Of a DNA stretch of 64,000 bases, positions 1-13,349 are shown in pieces (position 1 is the first letter of the stretch; each line of letters opens with the position of its first letter). The position numbers were made by a program, and so were the translations under genes. The DNA comes from Lama guanicoe (lineage: Eukaryota): assembly GCA_013239625.1 (NCBI GenBank), contig MU053652.1:3895902-3959901 (forward strand), given 5' to 3'. The notes under the pieces were generated by a model. The model searched no databases. It saw nothing but the letters and a program-made list of their open reading frames with translations, and had not been told where the DNA came from.

Positions 1-374
1 AACACTTTTATTGAATGCTGCAGTCTCAACCATCCACACCATAGCCAGGAGACCCTGGGAAACAGTTTTAGTTTTGTCTTATTTGCCTTTTAAATCAGTA
101 CATTAGTCTAACAAGCGTAGTTCTCTCATTCCCCAGGCCAAAGCAAGAGAAGCAGTAAAGCTGGATAAAGAGAGCAAGAATAAAGGAAAAGAAATAAAAC
201 AAATAAATTAAAGAAAAAGCAGACAAGAACGAGCATAGCACAAGCAGCTGATGATATATATGGAAGGACAACCAGCCCTAAGATCTCAATGCTTGTAAGG
301 GCATCATCCTATCATAAGACAGGCATTTCTTTACATACCTGACAAATGCATTTTTGAAAAAGCATGAACAATGT

Positions 375-1142
375 TAAAATGCATATGCCAGTCACTTTGG
401 AAGACAGTTTGGCAGTTTCTTATAAAACTAAACATACTCTTACTATATGATCCAACACACTCCTTGGTATTTATCCATATGAGCTGAAAACCTATGTACA
501 CAACAAAAATCTGCACACAAATATTTGTACTCTTTATTGATAATTGCCAAAACTTGGAAGTAATCAAGATGTCCTTCAATGGGTGACTGGATAAACAAAC
601 TGTGGTATACCCATACAGTAGAATATTATTTAGCACTAAGAAGAATCAAGCCATGAAAAGACAAGGAAGAATCTTAAATGCATATTACTGCATGAAAGAA
701 GCCAATGTGAAAAGGCTGCTTAGTCTGATTCCAACTATATAACATTCTGGAAAAGGCAAAACTGTACTGATAAGAAAAAGATCAGTGGTTGCCAGGATTG
801 AGGGTGTAGGTGGGGGAAATTAATAGGTGGAGCACAGAGGACATTTAGGGCAGTACAAATACTCTTCATGATGATATAGTGATGGATGTGTGATTACACA
901 TTAGTCCAAATCCACAGAAATATACAACACCAAGAGTAAACCCTAAAGTAAACTATGGGCTTTGGTGATTATATGTCAATGTAGGGTTTTTCTTGGTAAA
1001 AAATTCACCATTCTGGTCAGTTGTGCTGATAATGGGTGAGACTGTGTATATGTGGGGAAAAGGGAGTATACAGGAAATCTCTGTACCTCTCAATTTTGCT
1101 GTAAATCTAAAACTGCTCTTTAAAAAATGAAGTCTTAAAAAA
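375..1142 (+). mobile_element. Ancient L1 3' end (L1MC-like)
   Basis: ORF2-end motif CACTTTGGAAGACAGTTTGGCAGTTTCTTATAAAACTAAAC; 3'UTR ACAACACCAAGAGTAAACCCTAAAGTAAACTATGG...CTAAAACTGCTCT; A-rich tail. Confidence 0.85.
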
Positions 1143-1869
1143 AGTCAAAAGGAAGCCTACAATGAGTATCTGTGTGCTGTTTAAATCAGAATACTATGTA
1201 CTGTTTATAATTTTATATTTTCTTGGCAAATAAATGTCATGGTGGAAAGCACTGGTTACTGAACAGTACTGGAATTTCTTTTGATCTAAGTGCCTTTGAA
1301 CTTGTGCACTTTTTAGTTAGTTAGACATTTATTAGCATACCACGCCACTGGGGAAGGGAGCAGGAACAGCATGATACTAAAAAGACAAGGGCCACCACAG
1401 GCTACTGCTGACAAACATGAGCTCCACTAAATCATTATTCAAAGTGAAGAAGGAAAAGTCATAGGTATTTTTCCCACCAGCGACAGTGTTAGGAAAGCTC
1501 CATCAGTAACACTCTCTTCATTAGATGAAGCTGACCCACCACCTGATTTCTTCAGTCTTTCCCCACCACCATGCATCCTATACATTCAAATGTATTCAAT
1601 ATTATATATTACTAACTATACATTATGTATATATTGTACATAAACTATGTTTTAATAAATACATGTATTTAAACTATAAAATATATATGCTGTATGTAAA
1701 TTATAGCACTACATAACTATGAAAGTATTCAGCATTATCTAACTACAGTAGGCTATGATGATTTAGTTTGGAGGAGTTCCTGATTACCCCTGAAAATCCC
1801 TGCCCCCCTCCCAACATTTACCATGATTTCTTATAGGAACATTGGTTTTTGACATATGCATTTTTTTAA

Positions 1870-4025
1870 ATAAATATGTTTTATTTTTAGAGCAGTTTTA
1901 AGTTTATAGAAAAATTAAGCAAAGTACAGTGAATTCTCATATACCTCCTTCACCACCCTCTTCCTCTCCAATCAACATCTTCCTTAGTGTGGTTAAATGT
2001 GTTACAATTGACGAACCAATATTAAAGGCCATAGTTTACATTAGAGTTCACTCTTTATGTTGTAGTACGCAGCTTCTGACGGGTGTAATATGATGTACCT
2101 TCCATTACAGTATCATACGGAATGGTTTCACTGTCCTAAAACACCTGTGCTCCCTCTCTCCCTTCTCCTAAACCCTAGCAACCACTGATCGTTTCACTAT
2201 CTCCATAGTTTTGTCTTTCCCAGAACTTCAGATAGCTGGAATCATACAATACTTAGCCTTTTCAGGTTGGCTTCTTTCACTTAGTAAAATGCATTTAAGA
2301 TTCCTCCATGGCTCTTCATGGCTTGATAGCTCATTTATTTTTAGTGCTGAATACTATTCCATTGTACGGATGTACCAGTTATCAATTCTTTCTTTCATAG
2401 ATCATGCCTTTGGTGTTGTACCTAAAAAGTCATCACCCGGCAATAGGCACATGAAAAGATGCTCAACATCACTAACTATTAGAGAAATGGAAATCAAAAC
2501 TACAATGAGGTACCACTTCACACTGGTCAGAATGGACATCATTAAAAAGTCTACAAATAATAAATGCTGGAGAGGGTGCTGAGAAAAGGGAACCCTCCTA
2601 CACTACCGGTGGGAATGTAAATTGATGCAACCACTATGGAAAAGACTATGGAGGCTCCTTAAAAAACTAGAAACAGAGTTGCCATATGATCTAGCAATCC
2701 CACTACTGGGCATGTATCTGGAGAAAACTCTTAACTCAAAAAGATACATGCACCCCAATGTTCACAGCAGCACTATTTATAATAGCCAAGACATGGAAGC
2801 AACCTAAATATCCATCAACAGATTAATGGATAAAGATGTGGTATATATACACAATGGAGTACTACTTGGCCATAAAAAAGAATGAAATAATGCCATTTAC
2901 AGCAACATGAATGGATCTAGAGGTTATTATTCTAAATGAAGTCAGACAGAGAAAGGCAAATACCATATCACTTATATGTGGAATATAAAATGACAAATAA
3001 ACTTATTCATGAAACAGAAACAGATTCACAGACATAGAAAACAAACTTACGGTTACCAAAGCAGTAAGGGGATGTAGGAAGGATAAATTAGGAGTTTGGG
3101 ATTAGCAGATACAAACTACTATATGTAAAATAGATTAACAACAAGGTCCCACTGTATAGCACAGGGAACTATATTCAATATCCTGTAATAAACCATAATG
3201 GAAAAGAACATGTGGGGAAAAAAGTGTGTGTGTGTGTATATATATGTGTATATATATATATCTTACATCACTTTGCTGTACACCAGAAATTAATACAACA
3301 TTGTAAATCAACTATACTTCAATTTAAACATTCAATTCAATTCAATTTTTTAAGTCATCATCATACTCAAGGTCACTGAAGTTTTCTCCTGTATTATCTT
3401 CTAAGAGTTTTATAGTTTTGTGTTTTACACTTAGATACCACTTAGTTCCACTTTAATTTTTATAAAGGGTATGAAGTCTATATCTAGATTCATTTTTTGG
3501 CAGGTGGATATCCAGGGGTTCCAGCACCATTTGTTAAAGGGCTATCTTTGCTCCACTGTATTGCCTTTACTAACTTCATCAAAGATCAGTTGACTATATT
3601 TATGGGGATCTATTTCTGAACTCTCTATTCTATGTCACTAATGTATTTATCTGGGCTTTCACCAGTATCACTCTGCCTTGATTATTGTAGCTTTATAGTT
3701 TAAGCCTTTAAGTCAAGTAATGTCTTCCAACTTTGTTCTTCTCCTTCAATATTGTATTAGTAGCTATTCTCTATCCTTTGTCTCTTCATATAAGCTGTAG
3801 AATGAGTTTGTCAATATCCATAAAAATAACTTGCTGGGATTTTGATTGGGATTGAATTGAATCTACAGATTAAGTTGGGAAGAACTGACATCTTGACGTT
3901 ATTGGGTCTTTCTATTCATAACTATGGAATATCTATTTTAGTTATTTGATTTCTTTCATCAGTTTTGTAGTTTTCCTCACATAGATCTTACACATATTTT
4001 GTCAGGTGAATACTTAAATATTTTA
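1870..4025 (-). mobile_element. Ancient L1 (L1MC-like) 3' portion, split by a younger L1 at 2436-3351
   Basis: Reverse-complement L1MC 3'UTR (AGAGCAGTTTTAAGTTTATAGAAAAATT; CCATAGTTTACATTAGAGTTCACTCTT); antisense ORF2 sequence resumes after 3360. Confidence 0.85.
2436..3351 (+). mobile_element. Young 5'-truncated L1 (cetartiodactyl-type 3' end)
   Basis: ORF2 C-terminal peptide [46 protein letters not shown]; 3' end GTAAATCAACTATACTTCAA; TSD AAGTCATCA (2427-2435 / 3352-3360). Confidence 0.93.
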
Positions 4026-4449
4026 TCTTCTTGATTTTTTAATCAAAAATAGTTTAAACCAAAAAAGTATTCAATGTTTAAAGAGAAAAGCATGACTTAT
4101 CTGGTAATTTTGTTTACTAGAAAAATCTCTCAGGTAAATTTAAAAACATGTTAAGCAACACTACCTAACTCTTCCCACTTGCCACTTATATGGTGTTTCC
4201 ATACTAAGAAATATGCCATCGCGATCTGATATAGATAGTAAATTTACCAGATATATGTCTAATGTGGAATGCTCATTTTCCTTCCTTTTTCAACTAAGAA
4301 TCAATTAAAATGGGATTACAGCCCTTATGTGGCTGTTTTGCAATTTTATGTAATCCATAAAGCTGTAACCCTTACATATTAAAAGTACTCCCAAAATATA
4401 TAAACCTAAGTGGGAATGGGTTAGTCAAATAAAAAAAAAATAACTATGG

Positions 4450-4870
4450 CATCTCTGGATAGCAGGACTACTAATTTTTTCATCTTCATAGTTTTCTTTA
4501 TTTTCAAAGTTCTCTACAAAGATCATATATTACTTTCACACTCCATTCAATCAAATAAATACAGCATGTAAGATAAGTATAACTACACATATCAATAAAG
4601 ACTAATGTCATACAAAGCTTACAAAATACAAAACAGTGTATCTTTTCTAAGAATACAACACAAAGGTTTTTTTAAATGCAGGGGAATGGTTAACATCAAA
4701 TTCACAATAATGGTCACAGCTGGGGAAGACTAGGATGAGGAATGAGTTCCCAGGAAGCTTCAATATTATCTGTGATATTTTGTTTCTTAAGCTGGGTAGA
4801 AAATTTGTAGTATTCATTATTCTGTTCTATATCCTTATTTATGCCTGGAGTATTTCAAAAAATTTTAAAG
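4450..4870. mobile_element. Degraded L1M-type 3'UTR fragments
   Basis: Weak similarity to old L1ME 3' ends (TTTTCAAAGTTCTCTACAAAGATCATATATTACTTT; TTTGTTTCTTAAGCTGGGT). Confidence 0.45.
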
Positions 4871-6616
4871 ACACCAGCTACAGAAGTCAACCAAAGCAGT
4901 AGTGCTTAACCCTAATCTCTCCAAACTACTTAACTGGGACATGGTACTAGAGGAATAATAGATACAAGTATATCTTCTATAAATGAGAAAAATTTTTTTG
5001 GAAAATTTAAAGTAGCAGTTCTGAAAATGTGTTCTCGTGTATATTTACAAGCAAGTAACAATCTGAAACCTATATTCGATAAAATATCTGTAACAACCAT
5101 TCCATTCTGTGCCTTGCACATAGAGCTCAAAATTAAATCTGTTCAGAAAAAGCAATACATAAATTATCTTTAATTTGGCCTTATTTTATATTTCCACTTG
5201 TAACTCCTGTTTGAAAGCAGACTTTTTACTTTGGTCAGTTTTAAAACAGTATTTAGTCTTTAAAGTTTGTCATAAAAATAAGATTAATTTTTGAGTGGTA
5301 TTTTCCAGCTTGGTGATTTTAAATGGTTTCTAACCAGGACATGGCACCTATGACAAGAAGCACACATAAGAGGCTCACATAGTAACACACCCTGTACTAG
5401 CTGCATCCTCTCACATAATTACATAGGTATGATCATGACCAAAGTTTAGGTAATGCCTATTCTACCCAACTTTTTAGTAGTATCTATTGTCACTTGAAGC
5501 AATGACCCTCAAGGACAAAAGGTAAATTCACAAGATGTTTGAAGAAACTTCTTAAATTCAGTAACATTTGACATGAAACAAAAAAAGTGTATGGTTTTGA
5601 TTATTAGAAATGCCTTAACTTATCTCTTACAATCTTTACTCGAAATTAGAGTAAGAAGTTTTTAAAAGTAGGGATTGGGGGTGCGCGTGGAGAGACCCAG
5701 GATGGTTTAGAACTAATACTGTTCCTTCCCATTTCAGCCCCTAATTTTACTGTCATTCCTACATGCTAGCCCTAAACTAGAAATAGACTGTAACAAACAA
5801 ATCACCTGAAAACAAAAGGAGGAGCACTATTAAACAAACTTTGAGATTATCAAAACGTAGCTAGATGGATTGAGGCTTCCACACTAAAACAAGAGGGTAT
5901 ATCACACCATTGTATTACCCAATTCCTTGCCCAACAAGTACATATTAGGGTAATCATAGGACAGATTTTCTTAAAAGGGAAAATCATTCAATTAAAACTA
6001 TCTACCTGTGTCTGCAGTTTCTATAGACCCAGGACTTTGATTCACTGTTTTCCATAAAAAGTGATGTTTTTAACATTCACCTTCTAAAACCCTTTTTGAA
6101 AAGACTTCCCCAGATCAAGCACAAGCCGTGACCTATTGAAATTTAAATGAGATGTTTGCTTTTCAGATCAGATGCATCTTATTTGAGAATCCCTCTCTTA
6201 GACCACTACAAATTTAAGGACCCAAAAAGTAGAGGACTCATTAATAGAAACCTAACAAGGCTGAAATTATTGGCTCTGTAGGAACTTGTACATGTATATC
6301 CTTTTCCTGTGCATTCCTGAAATCAGTTAATTCTAATTTTATCATCATCTTATACTTAGTTCTGTATTTCATCATTTGCATTTACCGAGTATATTATCAT
6401 CCATATTCCATTTGTTCAGCCTATTCTCACAAATGTCTGTGGCAAAGTTACCAGATCAAGACTGCCTGGATGGATGTAGGAAGCTACATAATTTTACTGA
6501 GTTTTGTCCTGTTTAAATGTCATCATATCACATTTGTTAAACAAATATTTTTTGAGCACTTTCCTGTGTAAAATCCTGGACCAGAAACTGACAAGGGAAC
6601 ACGTGGATGATTACAG

Positions 6617-8168
6617 AAGCAGTTCTCAAAGTGAACCCTGGGGGTCCATGAGACTTTTTCAGGGGATCAATGAGGTCAAAACTATTTTCATAATAACTAA
6701 GACATTCTTTGCCTTTATTCACTGTGCTTATATTTGCACTTACGATGCAAAAGCAATGGTATGGTAAAACTACTGGCATCTTAGCCAAATTTAAAGCAAT
6801 GGCACTAAACTGTACTAGTAGTCATTGTATTCTTCACCTTCATGTACTCACAGTAAAAAAGTAGAGTCAATTTTATTTAAGAATCTGTTGATGAAAGAGT
6901 AAAACATATTTTATTAACTCCTCACCCTTGAATTTGTGTCTTTTTGCTATTGTGTAATCCAGCGGGAAGTATACACAGGGTACTTCTGCATTCAGAGGTG
7001 TTATGGTTGTTTTGAAAAGCACATGTATCGTGCTCTGAAGTTGCAACCTGAATTACTCACTTTTTCCCAAGGAATCCCATGTTTACTTGAAAGAGTAGCT
7101 GACAAACTATATGGTTTTTCAGACCTGCGTAACTATTAGACATTTTCTCAAAATTAACACAGTGAGATTGTCACTTCAAGGAAAACAACTGAGTATTTGT
7201 TGCCAATGATAAAATTTGGTATTTCAAGTGATAATTAAAATTTTGGAAAACGTGTATCCACCACAGTGAACTTGATAACTTTCCATAACTTAAAGGCCTT
7301 TTCTGGGGGGAGGGTGTAGCTCAATTGGTAGAGCATATGCTTAGCATGCATGAGGTCCTGGGTTTAATCGCCAGTACTGCCATTTAAAAATAAACAAACA
7401 AACAAACAAACAAACCGACTGACCTAACGACCTCCCCCCCAAAAAATAATTTAAAAAACAAAAAAGTCTTTTCTGATGAGATCAGGGCTAGTGTTAACGA
7501 ATGTGACTTCTGTGTCAACATTTGGAAGAGCTACATAACTCAGTAAATTAGTATTTTCCAAATGACCAATGTATGATGTTATAAAATCATGCACGGGTTA
7601 AAAGATCCATTCAAAGATAGAAACCAATAGATTTCAACATTAAGAAAGCACAGTTATGACTTCAGATTCCACATTGCAACTCACCTTTAAGAAATTAACA
7701 CTACTGAGTTTTAGTGTTATACCAAAGAACAACATCCACAGTAATTTGAAAAGGCTCTTAAAATACTCTTCCCTTTTTCAACTACATATGGCATGAGATC
7801 AGATCTTCTCATACTTTAACCAAAGCAACACACTACAGCATTTGTAGTGCAAAAACAGATAGGAGTGTACAGCTTTCATCAAGCCAGACATTAAAGAGAT
7901 TTGCAAAAACTGTAAAACAGTATTACTCTTCTCACTAAATTGTTTTTTGTTTTGGAAAATATAGTTATTTTTATTAAAATGTTTCACTTATTTTAACATG
8001 TAATGGGTATATTATTATTTTTAAATTAATAAACTATTTAAAAAACATCAGTTTTAATTTCTAATACAGTAAGTATCAAGAGTTATAACCCACATAAACA
8101 AAAGCTCTTGAGTACTCAATATGTTAAGAGTATAAAAGGGTCCTGAAGCCAAAGATTAAGAACCACTG
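6617..8168 (+). mobile_element. hAT-Charlie DNA transposon fossil (Charlie1a-like), near full length
   Basis: Termini AAGCAGTTCTCAAAG ... AAGAACCACTG; 8-bp TSD GATTACAG (6609-6616) / GATTACAC (8169-8176); transposase C-terminal remnant KALKILFPFSTTY at 7751-7789. Confidence 0.9.
7305..7461 (+). mobile_element. tRNA-Ala-derived SINE (Vic-1-like) inserted in Charlie1a
   Basis: GGGGAGGGTGTAGCTCAATTGGTAGAGCATATGCTTAGCATGCATGAGGTCCTGGG head; (AAAC)n tail; TSD AAAGGCCTTTTCT / AAAAGTCTTTTCT. Confidence 0.92.
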
Positions 8169-9619
8169 GATTACACTGTAACAGAAGAGTGGGGGGAAAA
8201 AAAACACACAAATAAGAACCCAAGGGAGAATGTTACAGCTACCATATACCTTTTACTCTTGAATATTCTAGCTCTTTCTAAACTAGATCTATGCTACTAC
8301 CTGGTTCTTGAAATAATTCACTTAGCCCTGCTGTCAATATAATCAAAATGAGTAATTCATTTAGCAAGCATGAAAAGGGCTCAAGCAATACCAAGCTAAT
8401 GTGTTAAACCAATTTGAATTGGTGAGCTTTTCTTTATTCATATTCTAAATAAGTGGCCTGAATTAAAATTGGTTTTATTTCCCTGGTATAAACTTAGCCT
8501 ATAAAGAGACTTCTTTCACAAAAGACTACAATTCTCTTGGAAATGCATCCCACACAATCAAATCAGTAACGGAAAGCTATGAAATTTGGTCCTCTGCCTT
8601 GCAACAACAGGGCAAAAAACTAGAAATCCTACACTGGTACTGAGGATCAAGATATAAAACATGTCGTTTAAAAAAAAAAACCCACATTCTAGAAGACTAT
8701 ATGATATAAACAATCATTTGTGTTTTTTAAAAGGGACACACACTTTCGCTTAGCCTACCTTGATGAATTCACAAGAAACTGATAGTGGTAGTTGTTTCTG
8801 TAGTGGGAAAGAAATCTACTTTTCATTTTATATTGTTCATCATTTAACAGTGTACATGTAATACTCAAAAAATAACTATTTTTAAAACACCATTTCTATA
8901 TCATCCATTTCTCCAGTCTTTTATCTCAAATGCAAATTCCAAATAGTTCTAGTAGATACGGAAATCACTAAATGAACACTTGCTAAGTAAGCAACAGACA
9001 CACATTTCATATACCTGATGAAAGCATCAAAAACAACCTGTCCATCAACCTGGAAGTGATCAGCCACTGACTACCTGAAAGAGTACCTAGCGATGCCATC
9101 CATCTGCCCAATATAACTGATACAGTTGCTACTTCAATGGTAACTTTTTCTTTTTATATTGATCCCAGCATTTAAGACATATTCTCTGAATAGCCTAAAG
9201 TAGGTAAGCTTAAAGTTTTCTTTAAACCATGCAGCAACATTAAATTCAGCATCAATTTTGCTCCTATTATGCACTAGGCACTATGACTTGATAATGTAAC
9301 ACATGTAACACAAAATGTAACATCTGAAAATGTGCACAGTGGTTCTAAACAACTAATTACACAATCAAGGTTTAACAGTTAAACCAATGAAAAAGACCCT
9401 GGGGTTTTTAATCAATTCTAAATTTAATGAGCCAATCTTAGGATGTGGCTACCAATAAACCTAATTCAGACTTGAACTATATTAATCATGGTAGCTATAC
9501 AATGCCCAGAAAACAGAAAAAGGGCTCACTGTAGTTCGTACTTATCTAGGCCACACATGATACCCAGGGGCCCTGACAAAGTGCAGTAGGGTCAGGGTAG
9601 TTTGGTTCTGTGGAAGACA

Positions 9620-9812
9620 ACATGTAATGAGTTAGTTACTATGTGTCAAGTACTTCACCTGAATTTTCCTTAAATCTCCTCATATCAATGATATAGGTAT
9701 TATTATCCTTGTCTTAAAATTAAGGAGATTCAGACTCAAAAAGGCTAAGTAGGTAATGCTCAAAGTTGCAAAAAGCCTGCAGGCAGCAGTATCAGGATTT
9801 AAACCCAGAGCC
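9620..9812 (-). mobile_element. MIR SINE
   Basis: ACTATGTGTCAAGTACTT...GGTATTATTATCC...CAGACTCAAAAAGGCTAAGT...CAGGATTTAAACCCAG. Confidence 0.75.
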
Positions 9813-9814
9813 CT

Positions 9815-10274
9815 TGTAGTGAGTTGAATGGTGGCTGCAAAAAAGAAATGTCCACATCCCAACTTCTGGAAACTGTAAATGTTATACCATTCAGGAAAAA
9901 AAGGCTCTTTCAAATGTAACTAAATTAAGGATTTTGAGATGAGGAGATCATCCTGGATTATTCAGGTTGGCACTAAATCCAACAAGTGTCCTTATAAGAG
10001 TGAGACCAAAAGAGACTACAGACAGAAGAGCAGGAGAAAATGTGCCCACAGAGGCAGAGACTGAAACGATGTAGCTTCAAATTAAGGAATGCCAGCAGCC
10101 AACAAAAGCTGGAAGAGGGAAAGAACAGATTCTTCCTTAGAGCCTCCAGAGGGATTCTGGTCCTACAAACACCAGATTCCTGACTTTTGGCCTTTAGAAT
10201 TATGAGAATAAATTTGTTGTTTTAAGGCACCAGTTTATGGTACTTTGTTATGGCAGCCCTAGGAAACTAATACA
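9815..10274 (+). mobile_element. MaLR solo LTR (MLT1C/D-like)
   Basis: TGTAGTGAGTTGAATGGTGG start; TTTGTTATGGCAGCCCTAGGAAACTAATACA end; internal AATAAATTTGTTGTTTTAAG. Confidence 0.9.
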
Positions 10275-10739
10275 GCTTTTAAAACGCTACCTTTCTAACA
10301 GACCCCATTACTTTTCCAAGAAGGCTTAAGGGTCTAGGGATATTCAAACTAAAATAGAGATGACTCAAAGAAATTAAAAAAAAAAAAAACCCAACCAAAA
10401 CCTTATACTTATTTTTAGAAGTCCTAGAGAGCAGAAGTGTGAGACCAGTAGGTAAAAACTACAGGGAGAAATTTCAGGTGAAATTAAACTTTCTAACCAC
10501 CTAAAGTGTTAAAGACTAGACAGACTTTTGGTATGTAGTACCCACCAAAATGATTTCCAATCATCGAACATGTTCAAGAAGAGACTGATGACCAAGTCAC
10601 TTCGGGGAGGTGAGCTGGCTTAGATGACTTAGAATTTCTTTCTACTCCAAGTTCTTAAAAATTATAAAATATTAGATGACACCACAAAAGCCTAGTAATA
10701 AGGTAAAATATTTCAAATGAATTTTACAAGGTTTCTACA

Positions 10740-11505
10740 ATTATTTATTCAAATAAATACTACTAGTTACGTGTCAAGCACTCTGCTTGGTGATGAACAC
10801 AAACATGATGTCTACTTTCATAAAGCTTACAAACTGGTGGCAAAGACAGACATGTATCAAGTAATACACAAACAAGTGTAAATGGCATGTATAGACATAT
10901 ATGGTGAAGTATAAGTACAATAAGGGAGATCTGGTAAAACTCTGAAGAAATGATGCTTGAGCAGAGACTTGAATAAAATTTCTAAGATTTTACCAGGTAG
11001 AGATGAAAAACCTTTCCAGGCAGAAGGAACAGCAATACAAAAGGCTTTATGGTTAGGAGCATGTTTGATACAAACTGAGCCCAAAATGTAGGTACAGCCA
11101 CATTAAGGAGCTTTGTATTCATCCTAAATGGGGAAACTGATCACACTATGTATTTAGAAAAAGATCACTTAATTCTGCCTTCAATGAGTGCTAAGCCAGA
11201 GTGGAAGCAGGTGGATCAATTATAGGTTACTGCAACAGTCCAGAAAAGAAGTAACAGGAACTCAGAGAAAAGTGATAATGGTGGAAATGAAGAGGACAAT
11301 TTCAGCTTATTTAGAAAGTTAAGGAGGATTTGATGATATGGAAAGATCAAGGTGTCTGTTCTGAGAAAATGGATCAATCGGTGATACCCTTCACCAAGGT
11401 AAGCAAGAATAGAACAGGGACAAGTTTGAGAATGGAATCTCATTCTAGGATGAAGTGAATCTGAGGCATCCAAGAAATGTCAATCAGGCCACTGGATATA
11501 GAGTT
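10740..11505 (-). mobile_element. L2 LINE fragment
   Basis: ATTTATTCAAATAAATACT...GTGTCAAGCACTCTGCT...TTCCAGGCAGAAGGAACAGCAATACAAAAGGC. Confidence 0.75.
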
Positions 11506-11616
11506 CTTAAATTCTGTTGGTTGGCCAAATCTGATTATGCCTACTTACATGGAACAGATGCATATTCTTTTTATCTTTAAGGGAACCCAGTTGTTATTTT
11601 AAAAATCATTATTACT

Positions 11617-11738
11617 GGGGGAGGTATAGCTCAGTGGTAGAGCGTATGCTTAGCATGCATGAGGTCCTGGGTTCAATCCCCAGGACCTCCATTAGAACAA
11701 ACAAATAAAACGAATCCCCCCCCCAAAATAAAGTACAA
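11617..11738 (+). mobile_element. tRNA-Ala-derived SINE (Vic-1-like)
   Basis: A box TAGCTCAGTGG and B box GGTTCAATCC; A-rich tail; TSD AAAAATCATTATTACT / AAAAGTCACTATTATT. Confidence 0.93.
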
Positions 11739-13349
11739 AAAAGTCACTATTATTAAAAAAAAAGATAATTTCAAAACAGTGCTAGCCTAAAAGACAAGAA
11801 TCACTACCTTACCAGAAGCCGTAAATTAACACTAACCAAAGATTACCTATTTAAAAGACACTGGATATATATCACTCATTGAGCTACAAAATGGATTTCT
11901 TCAGAATGAAAACAATCCGTTTTGGTGGATTCCCAAGTCAGAATTAGCTACTGCTCTCACATCTTTTAGACACAAAAACTGAAAACAAAAATTTAAGAGG
12001 CAAAAAGTTTGTACCTTTTACTCCCAGGCTGTCCACCTCCCCTTATCTCTGAAAGATACTAACTTAAACATCTTAATTGTCAAGTATAAATGATAAAGTT
12101 TTTCTACTGGAAAAGATCCTAATCTTCAAAGTAGAAATGAAGAAAATAGACAAATCAGTTTTTTTTCTAACACATACCTCCACAGGCTTTATACTACACT
12201 TAGATGAAAAATGACTAGACTACTTTAGACATTAATTGTGATGACTAAGGAAATATTTACCCTAGACTTGCTTTCCATTTTGTATTAAAGAAAGAAAAAA
12301 GCTACCAGAAAGATTAAAGATAGAACTAAATAAGTAGGCAGGAAAACTGGGTTACATTACAAACTCTAAAGAGAACCCATTGCACAAAATCTTTAAGAAA
12401 GTTAACTTTGAGAAAGATCTAGTATTCTTTACATAAAATCAGAATTTTATATGTATCACACACTTCATTGAGGCAGAGCATGAATCAGATTAGAGTATTT
12501 TATATTTAAAAGATATTTATACTTTATGTATAGAAGATCTTTTGAACACCTCACAGATAATACTTTTTAAGAACAAGTATTTTTAACACTTCTATATTGT
12601 ACAATTGCTGCTACTAATATCAATTTGCTCTCAATGGGAATATAATAGCTCAGAAGGTCCCAGGGAGAAATAAAAGACCGATAACATATTGAGACAAACT
12701 TTCACCTCAGAAACTATCCTACAAATAAGAATCTTGGCTCAGGAAGTGTGAGGGCAGAGAAGAGAAAAAGCAAGTTAATATGTGAATGAAATCGAAGTTA
12801 ACTCAGGATTTAGCTTTCATTCTTTACTGTAAGCTTTCATAGGCAGGCCCTTCCATCCGTATTCCAAGTTACCCTTACCTCAGCAAAACCACACAGAGTA
12901 TGAAACAGACAGTAAGCATTTCCTGGACAAATTTTTATTTGGATAGAAACTTTTGAATATCTTTTATATTTCATTAAAACGGATTTATAGCTGTCTCATT
13001 AACAATGTTCCAGGGCAAAAAATAGGCAAATCAAGCACCCATAGATGTTTCTGGTTCAAGAAAGTATGCAGAGTATTATTCCACATTATCATATACAGTA
13101 TACATATGTACAGTGTGTGTGCGCGTGCAAGTACATACACATATGCTTAGGGAAGTATCTAAAACCATATAATTAAAATATTGTTAAATATCTGTGTATG
13201 GTAGATTTAGTTATCTTTAATTTTCTTCTGTTTGCTTTTCTACAATGAACACATATACATAACCTTTTTGCTTTAAGAAGAAAATATATTTGTTTAACAT
13301 ATAACACAGACTCCCAATTAATTCTGGAAGGAATTCTTATTTAGAAGAA

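Noticed and set aside
1580..1725. AT-rich quasi-palindromic stretch
   Set aside because: Low-complexity TA-rich sequence without a long perfect inverted repeat.
9005..9085. Minus-strand cryptic exon (ctctttcag|GTAG...ATCAG|gtatat)
   Set aside because: Weak donor and short pyrimidine tract; no other support.
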